Positions 9,229 through 20,000 of a stretch of DNA of 20,000 bases are shown here, piece by piece. How positions within the stretch are numbered: position 1 is the stretch's first letter; each line of letters begins with the position of its first letter. Source of the DNA: Vicugna vicugna (Eukaryota); assembly GCA_013265495.1 (NCBI GenBank), contig MU061560.1, forward strand, positions 1,100,166 to 1,120,165, in the 5' to 3' direction. The notes under the pieces are model-generated. The model made no database searches. It had not been told where the DNA came from and saw only the letters and a program-made list of their open reading frames with translations. A program made the position numbers and the translations under genes.

Positions 9229-12200
9229 GTTATTTTCTCATTGCTATATTGCCGTCCCATGGAGCAGTACTTAACACAGATCAGGTGTTCAGAAACACTG
9301 GATAAGTAAGAAAAAATTAATAAAGAAGAGCAATTTTTTGAGAAAATTATTAAGAAAGCAATTATGTAAAAATATATCCAAATGGGTCTCCTCTGGGCTG
9401 CTGGATTACTGCAGATCCAAAATAGTGAGCAAGAGCTAAAAGGAGAGGGTTGGGGGAAAACAGGAAGTGTACACCCTCTTACTGGGACTCATTCTTTCCA
9501 CCACAAGGCAATTACTGAGCCTCAGATGTTAGATGCACTGGAAGATGCTGCACAAACCAAAATAGAAACGGTATGACTCTGCCCTTGAAGATCCTGGTTG
9601 AGGAGGAAGAGAGAGGGCTATAAAGAACTACGAAAATATGTCTGAATTTTATTTTTATCTGATGCTTCTCTGTTTCTCTTTCTCTCTCTTTTTCCAAGTG
9701 TTTCTTCAGGCTCAGTCAATGGGCTGAAGCTCTCCCTCTGGGAGCCACCCTTCTTCCCCTCACTGGACATCTCCCCTTCCTGGAACTATCAATCAGAGTA
9801 GGCATATTGTGTTGTAAGCTAGTAAAACTTAAGGAATCCCTCTATAATTCTAGAACAAGATACCAAGGACCACCAAGGAACGTGGCGGGGGTGGGGACAG
9901 AGAAGCTAGGAAACAAACAGGAGACACGGTCTCCGAGATGAAATGCTTAGACTTCAACATGAAAGGTACCACGTACAAGCAAAACAAACATACACAGAGA
10001 CATCCCAAGGATTAGTAAACGAGACCTCTCCACATGTTTGACTGATACGGTTTTATTGTTACACATTATGCAACCTATAGAAGTAATTTTTCTATTTCTC
10101 TAGATTTATCATGTGCTTACTGGCTGGAACAAAGACAGTTTGCTGTGTTTGGGCCCATCTCTCAAAGATCCTTTCTCTGAATCCAGCTACAACATCGTTT
10201 TGATTGTTAACAAGTACTGGCAAATATAAAGAGGTTAAATTGAGGAGTGAGCAAAGAACTAGCCCAGATAAACTGAAAGCAAAGAGCATGATTAAAGGAT
10301 GTCCCTGAGCAGCTCTGTGTGACAAGATAGTTTGCTTTTTAGTAGTAAGAAATCTACTTAAATATTTAAGTTCCAAGTAGTCAGGAGTTTTAAGGAAACT
10401 GAAATGAACTGGGTGGAGAAGACGAATGTATAGTATGCATGCATGATAACTGCACAAAAGTTTGGTTTTCCAGTAGACTAAATTTTTCCTTCAGGAAGTA
10501 CAAATGTGAAAGAACTAAAATGGCCTACCTATGGAAAAGGGCAAAATACTCTTTAAGGTAAATATTCTTCAATATTCTTCAACTTTTTAGCTATGAAAGC
10601 AATGTAAGAGATAATTAGGGGAAATAAACTCAAAGAAGGTAAATGGGTGTGTGACCTTTAAAAAGGTCCTGTAGCAAATGTAACATCAGAACTCTAGACT
10701 TTGGCTACAGTTCTCTGAACTACGGTGCGCACTGGTCTCAGCACCCACCACTGAGTGTCCCAGCTCCAGGGAGCAGGCTGAGTTTTAATGGCTGCCTCTT
10801 CTCTGCTCGCCCCAGACCACTGAGGTTTGTAAGGCAGGTCATACTCAGTTTCAACAATCTGAACCTTCTAGTGCCCAGCAAGGAACCAGGAAATAAACCG
10901 AAAAGTCTCTAACATACAGCTTATATATAACAAAGTTATGCAGTAAAATTCCTTTATATAAGGAGAATATATCATCTCTTATTCAACACCCATTTACTAT
11001 TATTTTAGACAAAATCCTAAGAGTGTTGACTTGGTATATCCATCCACCGCAGGTCAAAACTCTCATGTGAAATGTAGAGATGAGGGAACTAGCAGTCCCA
11101 GGTTTAGTGAAGGCAGAGATAAATGATAGCTGTAAAGACACAAGACATATAAAAAAGAAGCAGATATTCTAGAAAGGATAGAAATCTAGAATCATTTTCT
11201 CTCGAGGGCACCTAACGCTAATAATGCCCCAGTAACTTAAAAACAACATTTTATTACAGACTGGAACAGTAATTAATACTCAAAATGATGACTCAGTCAT
11301 TAAGCCAGGGAAAATTCTCTTATATGTTTTGTTTAAGAACATAGAGAGGTGAACACTCTTTTTTAAGAGTTATTTTTATCCAAAATCCTTGAAATTTTTG
11401 AAGTGGTAATTTTGGCTTAAACATGAGAAAGATTTTGAGTTTCTGAAAATTTTATTTATGGATAATCTCATTTACTACAATACTGTGTAAACATGAACTT
11501 CCCATGTTAACCTTTGAAAAACTTTTGTGTCTTTGGGCAAACAACCATTTGAAAGCCTGTAAGTGTAGGATGTCATGTTCCGTGAAATTTCTTTTGGGTA
11601 AGAAGACTTTTATTTCATTCTTATACACATCAATTTATTTGGTGAAACGTTCACAATGACAGTCGTCTAACTCAATACTTGGAAAAGGGTCTTAAGGAAA
11701 CAAGGAACTCTGACGCTGAGTCAGGGACTGCACATTTGGTTTCTTCGACCTGGTTCCACAGACAAGAGATGGGGCAAAAAAGATCATTTTCTGACGACTG
11801 GCTATCGTCAACCTCACAAACACGGTCACGGTTATAAAGTTTTCTTCTACGTTCTGTCTCTCCAAAATGAAACTAAAAGCCATTGGAAAGATAAAGTGAT
11901 ATACAAATAGTTGCATTACACATTTTATTTCAGGACTAACTGAACTAAAACTAAGATCAAGCTATCGCAACTCAGTGTGTGAACATGGAGAGGAGGTAAG
12001 CTGGAAGGCTCGATAACTAGTGAGTATAATAACAATGGAATCACCCCTGGAGGGAAATAGTCATGACTCTGGGGCTGGAAGGATTAAAGAGATGGGATTT
12101 CACAGGGAAGATGAGGAACAATGCTGCATGTGAGGGCTACGTGTAAAACTCAGAAATAAGAACAGACAAATGTACGTTGAGAAGTACGGAGTTTGGTGAC

Positions 12201-12299
12201 ATGATGGAGGAGGTAAGGCTAGATGTAGCTGGTCTGGTGACTTGTCTGGGCAATAGGGAGCCAAAGGTTTTGGTAACATGGAACAGCGGGGAGCTTAGA

Positions 12300-12505
12300 A
12301 GAATGGAGAGGGCATGGGTTCAGAAAAACCAGAGTTAAAATCCTACATCTTCCATGCACTGGTTCCCAAGTACATAGAAAAACCACTTTATCTCCTTGAA
12401 CTTCAGTTTAATCACAAGTAAAATGGGGATAATGACATCTGCCTCACAAGGTCGGTATCATGCATGTTAACGTGCCTGGCGTAAACAGGCACTCAGAAAT
12501 GATGA
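12300..12505 (+). mobile_element. MIR SINE
   Basis: cttcagtttaatcacaagtaaaatggggataatgacatctgcctcacaagg (MIR core) and gtgcctggcgtaaacaggcactcagaaatg (3' end). Confidence 0.72.
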
Positions 12506-12979
12506 TAATGAAAATCATATTTTTTTTTAAAGTTTCTTTATTTTTAGTAGGCTAGATTAGGATGGAAAAAACCAGAAGGGCCATTGAAGTAAACAGGTGT
12601 GCGAAGGTGTTGGCTGAAGGAAGGTTTGAATTCAGAGATATATTAAGAAGAATCATCAAGACTTATTTTTTTAAAAATCCTTAAACAAACAATTGGTTGC
12701 CATGGTGACAGCAGTCATCACAACCACTTAGCACCCTGAATGCAGCCTGCCTTCCGCATTTCCTGGTTGGTAAGAAACAGATGGTTTTCCTCACATTGTT
12801 AAGTGATGTGTTGTGGGATCAAATGAGCTGCTTCTTTGAGTTAGTACATTACTTCATGAAATGAAGCTACAGTGAAATACAGACCCAAAGTGGGTCTACC
12901 GAATCCAACTTATAGTAAAATACTTATTTCTCTCCGACCTGCACCTCCCATCCACCTGAGAAAATCATGGAATTTAACC

Positions 12980-13073
12980 TCAAGTATTTAACCCCTTTGA
13001 CCTCGGTTTCTTTGGTGTAAAATGATGGTATTCAAAGAGATAAACTAGTTTATTTTCTAGCTCTAAAATTTTG
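12980..13073 (+). mobile_element. MIR3/MIR-like fragment
   Basis: aagtatttaacccctttgacctcggtttc...tgtaaaatga...ttctagctctaaaattttg. Confidence 0.5.
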
Positions 13074-13368
13074 TAGTCTTAGGCACCAGTAAAATAAGGA
13101 CTAAATAGGATACATAGTTCAGGTATGTTCAGGAACGTATGGGCAGGTTCTTTTAGACTTAGACTTTGCTACAGAGCTGGCAAAGCCTCACTGGAAAGAC
13201 CAGAAAGGTCAACTCGTGTGAATAGCTTGATTTCAAGTTCGAGAACAGGTGGTCATAAAATATGGCTATTAATGAAATCTCCAGACAGTGTGGCTTAGAT
13301 GAAGAGGGATACAGCCCTTAAGGCAGACAGCAGAGGCTTGATTTAGCTGGGGATTCAAGAGAAAAGAC

Positions 13369-13536
13369 TGGGAGTGGGAGGCGGGGGGTGGACATAGCTC
13401 AAGCGGTAGAGCCCAAGCTTAGCACACACAAGGTCCTGGGTTCAATCCCCAGTGCCTCCTCTAAAAATAACAAATAAGTAAATCTAATTACCTCCACCAC
13501 CCCCACGAAAACAAACAAACAAAATTTTTTTAAAAG
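13369..13536 (+). mobile_element. tRNA-derived SINE (camelid Vic-1-like)
   Basis: G-rich head, Pol III box A TAGCTCAAGCGG (13395-13406) and box B GGTTCAATCC (13439-13448), then cctcctctaaaaataa...taattacctcc and an A-rich tail. Probable TSD agagaaaagac (13358-13368) / agagaaaatac (13537-13547). Confidence 0.9.
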
Positions 13537-13745
13537 AGAGAAAATACCACACTAGACAGTAAGTGTGCAATGTCATTTATATTGTCTGCTGTCTCTTCTG
13601 AAAATTTCCAGGGGATCGTGTTTCACTCTGATACGTGTTGGATGCACAGGGCCTACAATAGAGTCCACACTCGTCAACACGACACATGGAATCCCTAACA
13701 ACCCAGCCCCTAAGTTGTTTCCTACCTTCGTGTTACCAATTTCTT

Positions 13746-13883
13746 TAACATTTTTTTTCTGTTGTTGTTGGAGGGGGAGGTAATCAGGTTTATTTATTTA
13801 TTTTTAGAGGAGGGCTGGGTATTGAACCCAGGACCGCATGCATGCTAGGCATGCGCTCTGCCACTTGAGCTATACCCGTCCCC
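13746..13883 (-). mobile_element. tRNA-derived SINE (camelid Vic-1-like), inverted relative to the 13369 copy
   Basis: Reverse complement reads GGGGACGGGTATAGCTCAAGTGGCAGAGCGCATGCCTAGCATGCATGCGGTCCTGGGTTCAATACCCAGCCCTCCTCTAAAAATAAATAAATAAACCTGATTACCTCCCCC... Exact 14-bp TSD core gttaccaatttctt at 13732-13745 and 13888-13901. Confidence 0.92.
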
Positions 13884-13969
13884 TCACGTTACCAATTTCT
13901 TGTTAAACTCAGTAAACCCCAAAACTCTGCACTCCAGCTGTATCAAGTGCCCTGTCAGCCTCTGAACAG

Positions 13970-14400
13970 TCATCCATTCAGGAGCACGCTTTTGTGTTCT
14001 GAGAACATCCAGAACGGCAGACACTACTCTAGTCACTGAGGGGACACACCGATGATCAAGACAAAACTTTCCTCCCCGTAGGGCTTATTTGGGATTTTGG
14101 ACACGTCACATAACCTCTCAGAACATCACATAATTAATCAGGGGACAAGCTGGAATAAAAACATAGGCCTGCGTATTTTTTAAGTACTTGCTTTTTTGGA
14201 TCCAGTGTTGTAAGTGCTATGCGGAGGGATTCTCGGATTTTAGTTACGAGAATAGAGATGAAAAGTACCTGATTCTTCCCGTGAGGATCTAGGAAGCCTT
14301 CAGAGGCGGATGACTTTCAATCTGAATCTTGAAGAATGACTGATGTGAAGGGAATTAAAAACAGAGGGAGCAGCATATAAAGAAGCTGTGAGGGGAGGCT
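13970..14400 (-). mobile_element. LINE-2 fragment
   Basis: catccattca...cagacactactctagtcactgaggggacac; taagtgctatg; ggaagccttcagaggcggatgactttcaatctgaatcttgaagaatga; acagagggagcagcatataaag are typical reverse L2 motifs. Confidence 0.6.
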
Positions 14401-15089
14401 CTGGAGTGTCGAGCCACGACCAGAAGGTGGACAGAAACCACTGGCTCTGGCAATGCCACTGGGTAATTTAAATGGCAGCACAGTGGCCTTATTGAAAATG
14501 ACCCTTTCTCAAGAATACTTCACTCAGATCAACCCCGTTTTTCTCCGTAGTCAGGATGACATCCATGTTCACGGCTAACAGCAATTACCTGGCCAGGGTG
14601 CATTTCAATTTAAAGGGACAGCATACAAAGATAACATGTGTCATGGGCCCAGTTTGCAGCCTGACACATAGCAGATGCTCCAAAAAATACTATTTTTTTT
14701 CTTGTTTATAACTGTTTTTCTAGGGTCAGTGACTGATCTGAGGTCGATGCTCAGTAAAAAAGTACACTGAATAAATAAATCATACGAGCATCAGGCTAGG
14801 TCTTGACTTCAGTGGTAGCAGGGACATCTACCCTTTGAAGAAGTGAAGACTTTCCAGTAACCAGAGAACAAGTGAGCAGAGGCATTGTTTATGAGAGTTG
14901 AAGACTGTCAGCAGAACCCCCTAGAAGTGTGCACGGGCATGTCCAGTATATGGTGGCCCTCAGGGAACAATAAACACAGTCAGAACACTTGTGAGCCATT
15001 TAAAGGTACACTAAGGATTTGGGAAGCTAAAGTCACAGGATTCTTATCTAGCAGTTTTACTGAACTCTATTTGTTTATATGTCACTTTA

Positions 15090-15273
15090 TTATTATTTTA
15101 ATTGAGTTATAGTCAGTTTACAATATTGTGTCAATTGCTGGTGCACAGCACAAAGCTTCAGTCATACATGAATACACATGTATTCGTTTTCATATTCTTT
15201 TTCACTGTAAGCTACTACAAGATAGTGAATATATTTCTCTGTGCTATGCAGTATAAACTTGTTTATCTATTTG
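15090..15273 (-). mobile_element. Short LINE-1 3' UTR/tail insertion (same family as the 18107-18880 copy)
   Basis: Reverse complement aligns by eye to about 18683-18855 (tagataaacaag...tatactg.atagcacag...cttgt.gtagct.acagtgaaaaaga...ttgacaca...tgactata.ctcaa). Exact 12-bp TSD tatgtcacttta at 15078-15089 and 15274-15285. Confidence 0.92.
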
Positions 15274-15629
15274 TATGTCACTTTAGTGCCATCTGGTATT
15301 ATGTTCGCTATAATTCCGTAGAACATTGGAATTTCAGAATTAAATGTATCCCTAAGGTGGACAAAATGCTCTTTTATTTTGTGCACCTAGCCATCTCCTC
15401 CACTCAGCCAGCACAAGCAGCCTAGTGACGATGGGAAGCAAATGGGGAGGGAGAAGCTGTTTGACAGAATACAATTAGGAAATGTAATTAACATTACAAC
15501 CCTTCTCCAGTTTCTAGCCCACCTTCCTCCTTCTCCTTCAAAGAATCCCAATTTTCATACAACACTTCCTCCAGGCCCTTCCTCTCCCTCTCAGTGATTC
15601 TGATTAAACTAGCTTTCATCACGTTCAAT

Positions 15630-16262
15630 TGTTAGAGCAGGCAGACAGCCAGATATGAGCAGAGAAAGGGGGACACAGACCAAATGGCAGGGATTGGGCA
15701 GAAAGGAGGGGCATGGGCCAAATGCAGAAAAACATACATCATGGAACCACCAGGGGTCCCTGGGCAGAGACAGAAAAGCAGGAACCTTTGGGCTGATAAG
15801 TGGCCTGGAGACCAACAAAGAAAGGTCAGAAAAGGCAGGAGTTTCCAGTGTCCGAATGCAACCTTTTGCTCACTATGCCCTCATATCAATAAAATTAGCC
15901 TTGCAGATCAGAAGTACCCATCATGCACGGACGCCATGACACCTCCGATCCAGACTAAATAAGGACAAAAACCCTTCCTCCTTTCGGGGAGGTGGAGTTG
16001 GGATGATGATCAGGGAATATGACCCCAAACCCTCTCCTCCCCAATGAATATTCCACCCATTTGGTTTTACACCCTATATAACTAACTTGCCGAAAAAACT
16101 GAGGACAGCCGCTCACCTGAGCCTGCCCGCTCTCCCCTTGAGAGCGTACTGTCCATCCCTTAACAAATCCTCACTTTACTTTTTTAAACACTACGTTTTG
16201 TCTCTGAATTCTTTCTGGGACGGGACAAGAACCTAGAACACCAGTTGCATCCACCGGCAACA
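15630..16262 (+). mobile_element. Endogenous retrovirus solo LTR (ERV1-like), 633 bp; antisense to SYT10
   Basis: Termini TGTT...AACA. Flanks caat (15626-15629) / cagt (16263-16266) form a 4-bp TSD with one mismatch. CCAAT at 16041-16045, TATATAA at 16075-16081, degenerate polyA signal AACAAA at 16162-16167, and a U5-like end (gaattctttc...acaagaacc). Family not determined. Confidence 0.85.
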
Positions 16263-17189
16263 CAGTGAAGGTTGGGGAAGCAGCAGCCAGAGGTGGGGTT
16301 CCATCACAGAACCTAGTTGCCTTTCTGGATTTTTACATCACAGTTTCATTACTGATTCTTTCCCACCATCTCCACTTGGAGACAGAGAAGATGCTCACCT
16401 GGTGTCCTTCAGCAGGACCTGCTTGTATTTTTATAAGAAGGAAGGAGTGTATTTTCTATTAAACATATAATATTAAGCACTGTGTTCTTGGCCATGGCAC
16501 AAAGACAAGGTGAAACTGCTGAAGCCAGGGCAGAAATGGGCAGAGAGCATGGCAGTGTCAGAGACGGGACAACTGAAAACCCACTGGGAATTAAGTGGGG
16601 CTTAATGGCCACAACCCGGAGCTATTACTGCCAGAGATGCTGTTTAATAGTGCCTGTGTTTCTTAGTGGGAGAATAATTTTCAGCCCTCATTCCAAGTGG
16701 GCAATAACTCTGCTGGGCACGATGGCTTAGTTCTTACCTCTCCCTCATAGCTACTCGGAGTCAGGAAGTGTGCGGGTTGTAGAGACAGAAATGAGGCCTT
16801 TCCTGGATTTAACAGAGCAAGTCTTCTAACGACCTATATTATAAGGACCTTGAAGCAAAGAGGGGATGGCCTGGTGTAGATACTGGGGCAAGAAGAACCT
16901 GGGACACAGTAAGAGGATACAAATTTGGTAAGAACACATCCCTTCATCATGCTGGTTAACAGATCTCATGAGCTCCTTGCTAAGACAAACTGGAGACTTA
17001 TTCTCAAATCTTCATCACCATTTACAGAGAGGGGCATAGAAACTTGTGTGGTAAACTGTATACAGCTGTCCGGAGTATCTGATGCTTTTAAACATTACAA
17101 AATTCCTAATTGAAGGACTCCCTCTCAGTACTGCTGCACCTAGACGCTTGAGCTGAATGAACTTGGCTTTGCTATTTTAAAGAATAAGA

Positions 17190-17635
17190 CATTGGTTTAC
17201 TTGGTTTCATTCCCTCCCCTCCGAAGTCTCTTCTCCACATAGTAGCAAGAAATCTTACTGATAATAAATGAGGCCACAGCTCACTTCTGACCAAAAGCCA
17301 TGCGTAGTCTCCCGTGCCACTCAGAATAAAATTCAAAGTTCTTCCCAAGACATGAAGGCTGTGGGTGATCTGGCTCTTTGATCTCATCTCCTAACCTCTC
17401 ATCCGACCGCCCTGTGAAGAGTGGCCCCACCTCACTGCCATTCTGATCCCTCACCTGCCTCCGGTTTCACAGAGCCCTTCCATTCACTGGACACACGACA
17501 TATTTCTTTGATTATTATCTGTCTCCTTTTTCTACAAAGTAGGTCTTATTAAATTGGGAACATTTTATGTCCTATAACATCCAGAAGAGTTTCTGGTAAA
17601 TAGGAGAACTAGATAGAAATTGGCTGAATTGACAG
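17190..17635 (+). mobile_element. LINE-2 3' region fragment
   Basis: ttctccacatagtagcaaga...cactcagaataaaattcaaagttctt...tgatctggctc, then an L2-like 3' end (tctggtaaataggagaact...tggctgaattga). Confidence 0.65.
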
Positions 17636-18106
17636 ATTTAAGATCTTTTTTCTATAAGTGGGCACAGCAGGTAACCAGCCTGTTACAAAATGTTCTCTTG
17701 GTCATTATTTTTCTCTGGATGAGCAATATGTATCATGTTTGCTTCTTGATAAATAATCAGATTATAAACTAAAACATCTGCAATCTACTTGGTACAACAG
17801 TCTGGACATAATTTTCTCCTTCTGGTTATCTAAGTGCTTCTGTAGACTGGTTTTAAGGTGCCTGCACTTATAAAGCATCCCGTTACTTACCGTGGGCATG
17901 AGATTGTGCACAGCATATAGAAAACTTAAAAGCACTCCAAAAGTATTAAGAACATTGGTATTCAGTTAGTGAGATTTAGTGAATTAATTAAATTTATAAA
18001 AAGACTTAATGCAATGTATGCCACAGCACAGCCTTTTAAAACACTGTCATGTTTTATTCAATTTCAAGATTGAGGATAAGAGTAAACATTAAGTATTCGC
18101 ATTCAT

Positions 18107-18880
18107 GGAGAGGCTGTGGAGAGAGGGGAATCCTCCTACACTGCTGGTGGGAATGCAGTTTGGTGCAGCCACTGTGGAAAACAGTATGGAGACTCCTCAA
18201 AAGACTAGGAGCAGACTTACCATATGACCCAGGAATCCCGCTCCTGGGCATATATCCAGAAGGAACCCTACTTCAAAATGACACCTGCACCCCAATGTTC
18301 ATAGCAGCACTATTTACAATAGCCAAGACATGGAAACAGCCTAAATGTCCATCAACAGATGACTGGATAAAGAAGATGTGGTGTATTTATACAATGGAAT
18401 ACTATTCAGCCATAAAAACTGACAACATAACGCCATTTGCAGCAACATGGATGCTCCTGGAGAATGTCGTTCTAAGCGAAGTAAGCCAGAAAGAGAAAGA
18501 AAAATACCATATGAGATCGCTCATATGTGGAATCTAAAAAAAAAAAACCATAAATCATAAATACAAAACAAAAACAGACTCATAGACATAGAATACAAAC
18601 TTGCGGTTGCCAAGGGGGAGGGGGGTGAGAAGGGACAGACTGGAAGTTCAAAATTTGTAGATACTGACAGGCATACGCAGAATAGATAAACAAGATTATA
18701 CTGTATAGCACAGGGAAATATATACAAGATCTTGTGGTAGCTCACAGTGAAAAAAGATGTGACAATGAATATACATATGTTCATGAATAACTGAAAAATT
18801 GTGCTCTACACTGGAATTTGACACAGCATTATAAAATGACTATACCTCAATAAAAAATGTTTAAAAAAACAAACAAAAAA
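18107..18880 (+). mobile_element. 5'-truncated LINE-1: ORF2 C-terminus, 3' UTR and A-rich tail; antisense to SYT10
   Basis: ORF 18049..18537 encodes RGCGERGILLHCWWECSLVQPLWKTVW...YDPGIPLLGIYP...TCTPMFIAALFTIAKTWKQPKCPSTDDWIKKMW...YYSAIK...SLICGI*, the classic L1 ORF2p Cys-rich C-terminus ending at its natural stop. G-rich 3' UTR tract at 18614-18634, AATAAA at 18849-18854, A tail to 18880. Imperfect TSD aagtattcgcattcat (18091-18106) / aagtacattgcattcat (18880-18896). Confidence 0.97.
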
Positions 18881-19059
18881 AGTACATTGCATTCATTTTT
18901 TCTAATTGTGAGGGCAATACATTAAGAAATATTAAGGTAAGAAATTTAAGACATGGAAGGAACTGGATACTAGCAATCAAGTGGATAACAAATATCCACT
19001 TTGTAAGATTCCAGCATGTTGAGGATAACTAACACTTAGCAACCTTAAATTTTACAAGA

Positions 19060-19212
19060 ACTGCACATTTATTATCTTATTTTATTTTCAAAATAGTCAT
19101 GTGGGTTGATATTATTATAAACTTCTTTTTATGGATGTGGAAAGAAGTTCAGAAATGTTCAGCAATTTACCCAAAGTGAAATGGTCAGATGGTTGTACAT
19201 CCAGGATTCTGA
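19060..19212 (-). mobile_element. Degenerate MIR
   Basis: tattattat...ttttatggatgtggaaagaagttcagaaatgttcagcaatttacccaaagt...ccaggattc resembles the reverse MIR core. Confidence 0.55.
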
Positions 19213-20000
19213 TTAAAGGACACTCTGAGTTCCTGCGGTCTTCGGCTTTCCTCTGTGACTTTCCCCCGTGGAAATAATGCTTCACATTTTACTAGCCAGA
19301 AGACAAACTCAAAGTTGTTTTCATGGCCCCAGATTTCAGAGCTAGCAAATGAAGTACTATATTTCATTGAATTTTTTAATTGGGAAATCAGTTACCTGAA
19401 TTATAGGAAACTATTTAACACAGTCTATTATAGAGGAAGAGAGTATTTTGAACGTTCACATTTAAATTCAACTGCATATTCTTTTCGCTATGTAAGAGAA
19501 TGTTAATAATTAATAATTAAACTAGTTAAATGTAAGAGAGAAAGAGACAATTTTAACTCAACACTACCTTTACAATTATACTAAATTCCTAAAGCCTGCA
19601 ACAGACCCACGTACGTGGCTAGACCATCATGGGGATAAAAGGGTTCTCCTTTGTCTCCCACAACCTGCAAGCATTACAGTGCAGAGAGACACAAATGGTA
19701 CAATGAAATTATGCCTCCAATATGGATTTTTTACCAATTACATTTAAGAAAGAAAAATGGCCTAGAACTCTGATTCTGACTGCTCTTTTTTGAATAAGGC
19801 CAGAGGAATCATTGCTTAGTTCTTCATGCATTTTGATAAACATTATTAGCAAAATAAATGTGACAGGATTATACATTTTAAAGGCCTTATGTATATATTT
19901 CTTCATAAGTATCATATTAAAAATGTCTTTAATTCAATTTGTGTAGTATTTTGAGATTTTAATTCTGTAAACCAAAAGTGAACTTCCACGTTAAAAAAAA

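Larger units (their letters stand above)
8462..20000 (-). other. SYT10: SYT10 long intron upstream of the first C2B exon (extends past the window end)
   Basis: No C2A-like coding sequence found between 8462 and 20000. The region is repeat-rich, as expected of a long intron. Confidence 0.8.

Noticed and set aside
10092..10457. 121-aa minus-strand ORF and other 60-106 aa ORFs in the track
   Set aside because: No recognisable domain, many begin at non-ATG starts, and their lengths are within chance expectation for intronic DNA.
10561..10582. Tandem duplication aatattcttc x2 (and an (AAT)n-like tract at 6111-6130)
   Set aside because: Ordinary slippage-type micro-repeats.
13383..13460. tRNA gene (box A/B, tRNA-like head), also at about 13810-13883 on the minus strand
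   Set aside because: Followed by a SINE body, A-rich tail and TSDs, with no proper acceptor stem. These are tRNA-derived SINEs.
15102..15962. Cluster of 69-107 aa ORFs (15102..15425, 15609..15818, 15655..15939, 15684..15962)
   Set aside because: They overlap an L1 3' UTR and LTR U3 sequence and show no gag/pol/env or other recognisable protein motif.
17885..17892. Strong sense-strand donor-like CG|GTAAGT (also AG|GTAAGG at 3075-3082)
   Set aside because: No convincing upstream acceptor with a pyrimidine tract at exon-like distance.
18049..18537. 162-aa ORF as a host protein-coding gene
   Set aside because: It is the L1 ORF2 C-terminus fused by chance to an ATG in flanking DNA upstream of the truncation point.
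1..20000. A novel multi-gene system, CRISPR array or prokaryote-type operon
   Set aside because: The sequence is mammalian intron/exon DNA explained by SYT10 plus common retroelements. There is no regularly spaced repeat-spacer array and no long unexplained ORF.

Overview
Mammalian genomic DNA, very probably a camelid (alpaca/llama/camel), judged from two Vic-1-like tRNA-derived SINEs. The window lies inside the synaptotagmin-10 gene (SYT10) on the minus strand. It holds three internal coding exons (8461-8341, 5288-5117, 2772-2643) that splice in frame at GT-AG sites and encode essentially the whole C2B domain. The final coding exon should lie just left of base 1, and the C2A-encoding exon beyond base 20000. 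The rest is intron with ordinary repeats: a relatively young 5'-truncated L1 with an open ORF2 C-terminus (18107-18880), two short L1 3'-tail insertions, an apparent isolated L1 5' end, an ERV solo LTR (15630-16262), an inverted pair of SINEs (13369-13883), and old MIR/L2/L1M fragments. I see no evidence of a novel biological system. The observations most worth checking are modest: the inverted SINE pair (dsRNA/editing), the antisense LTR promoter, a candidate poison exon, a double-tailed L1 insertion and the orphan L1 5' end. Repeat family names come from recalled consensus sequences, not from a database search.
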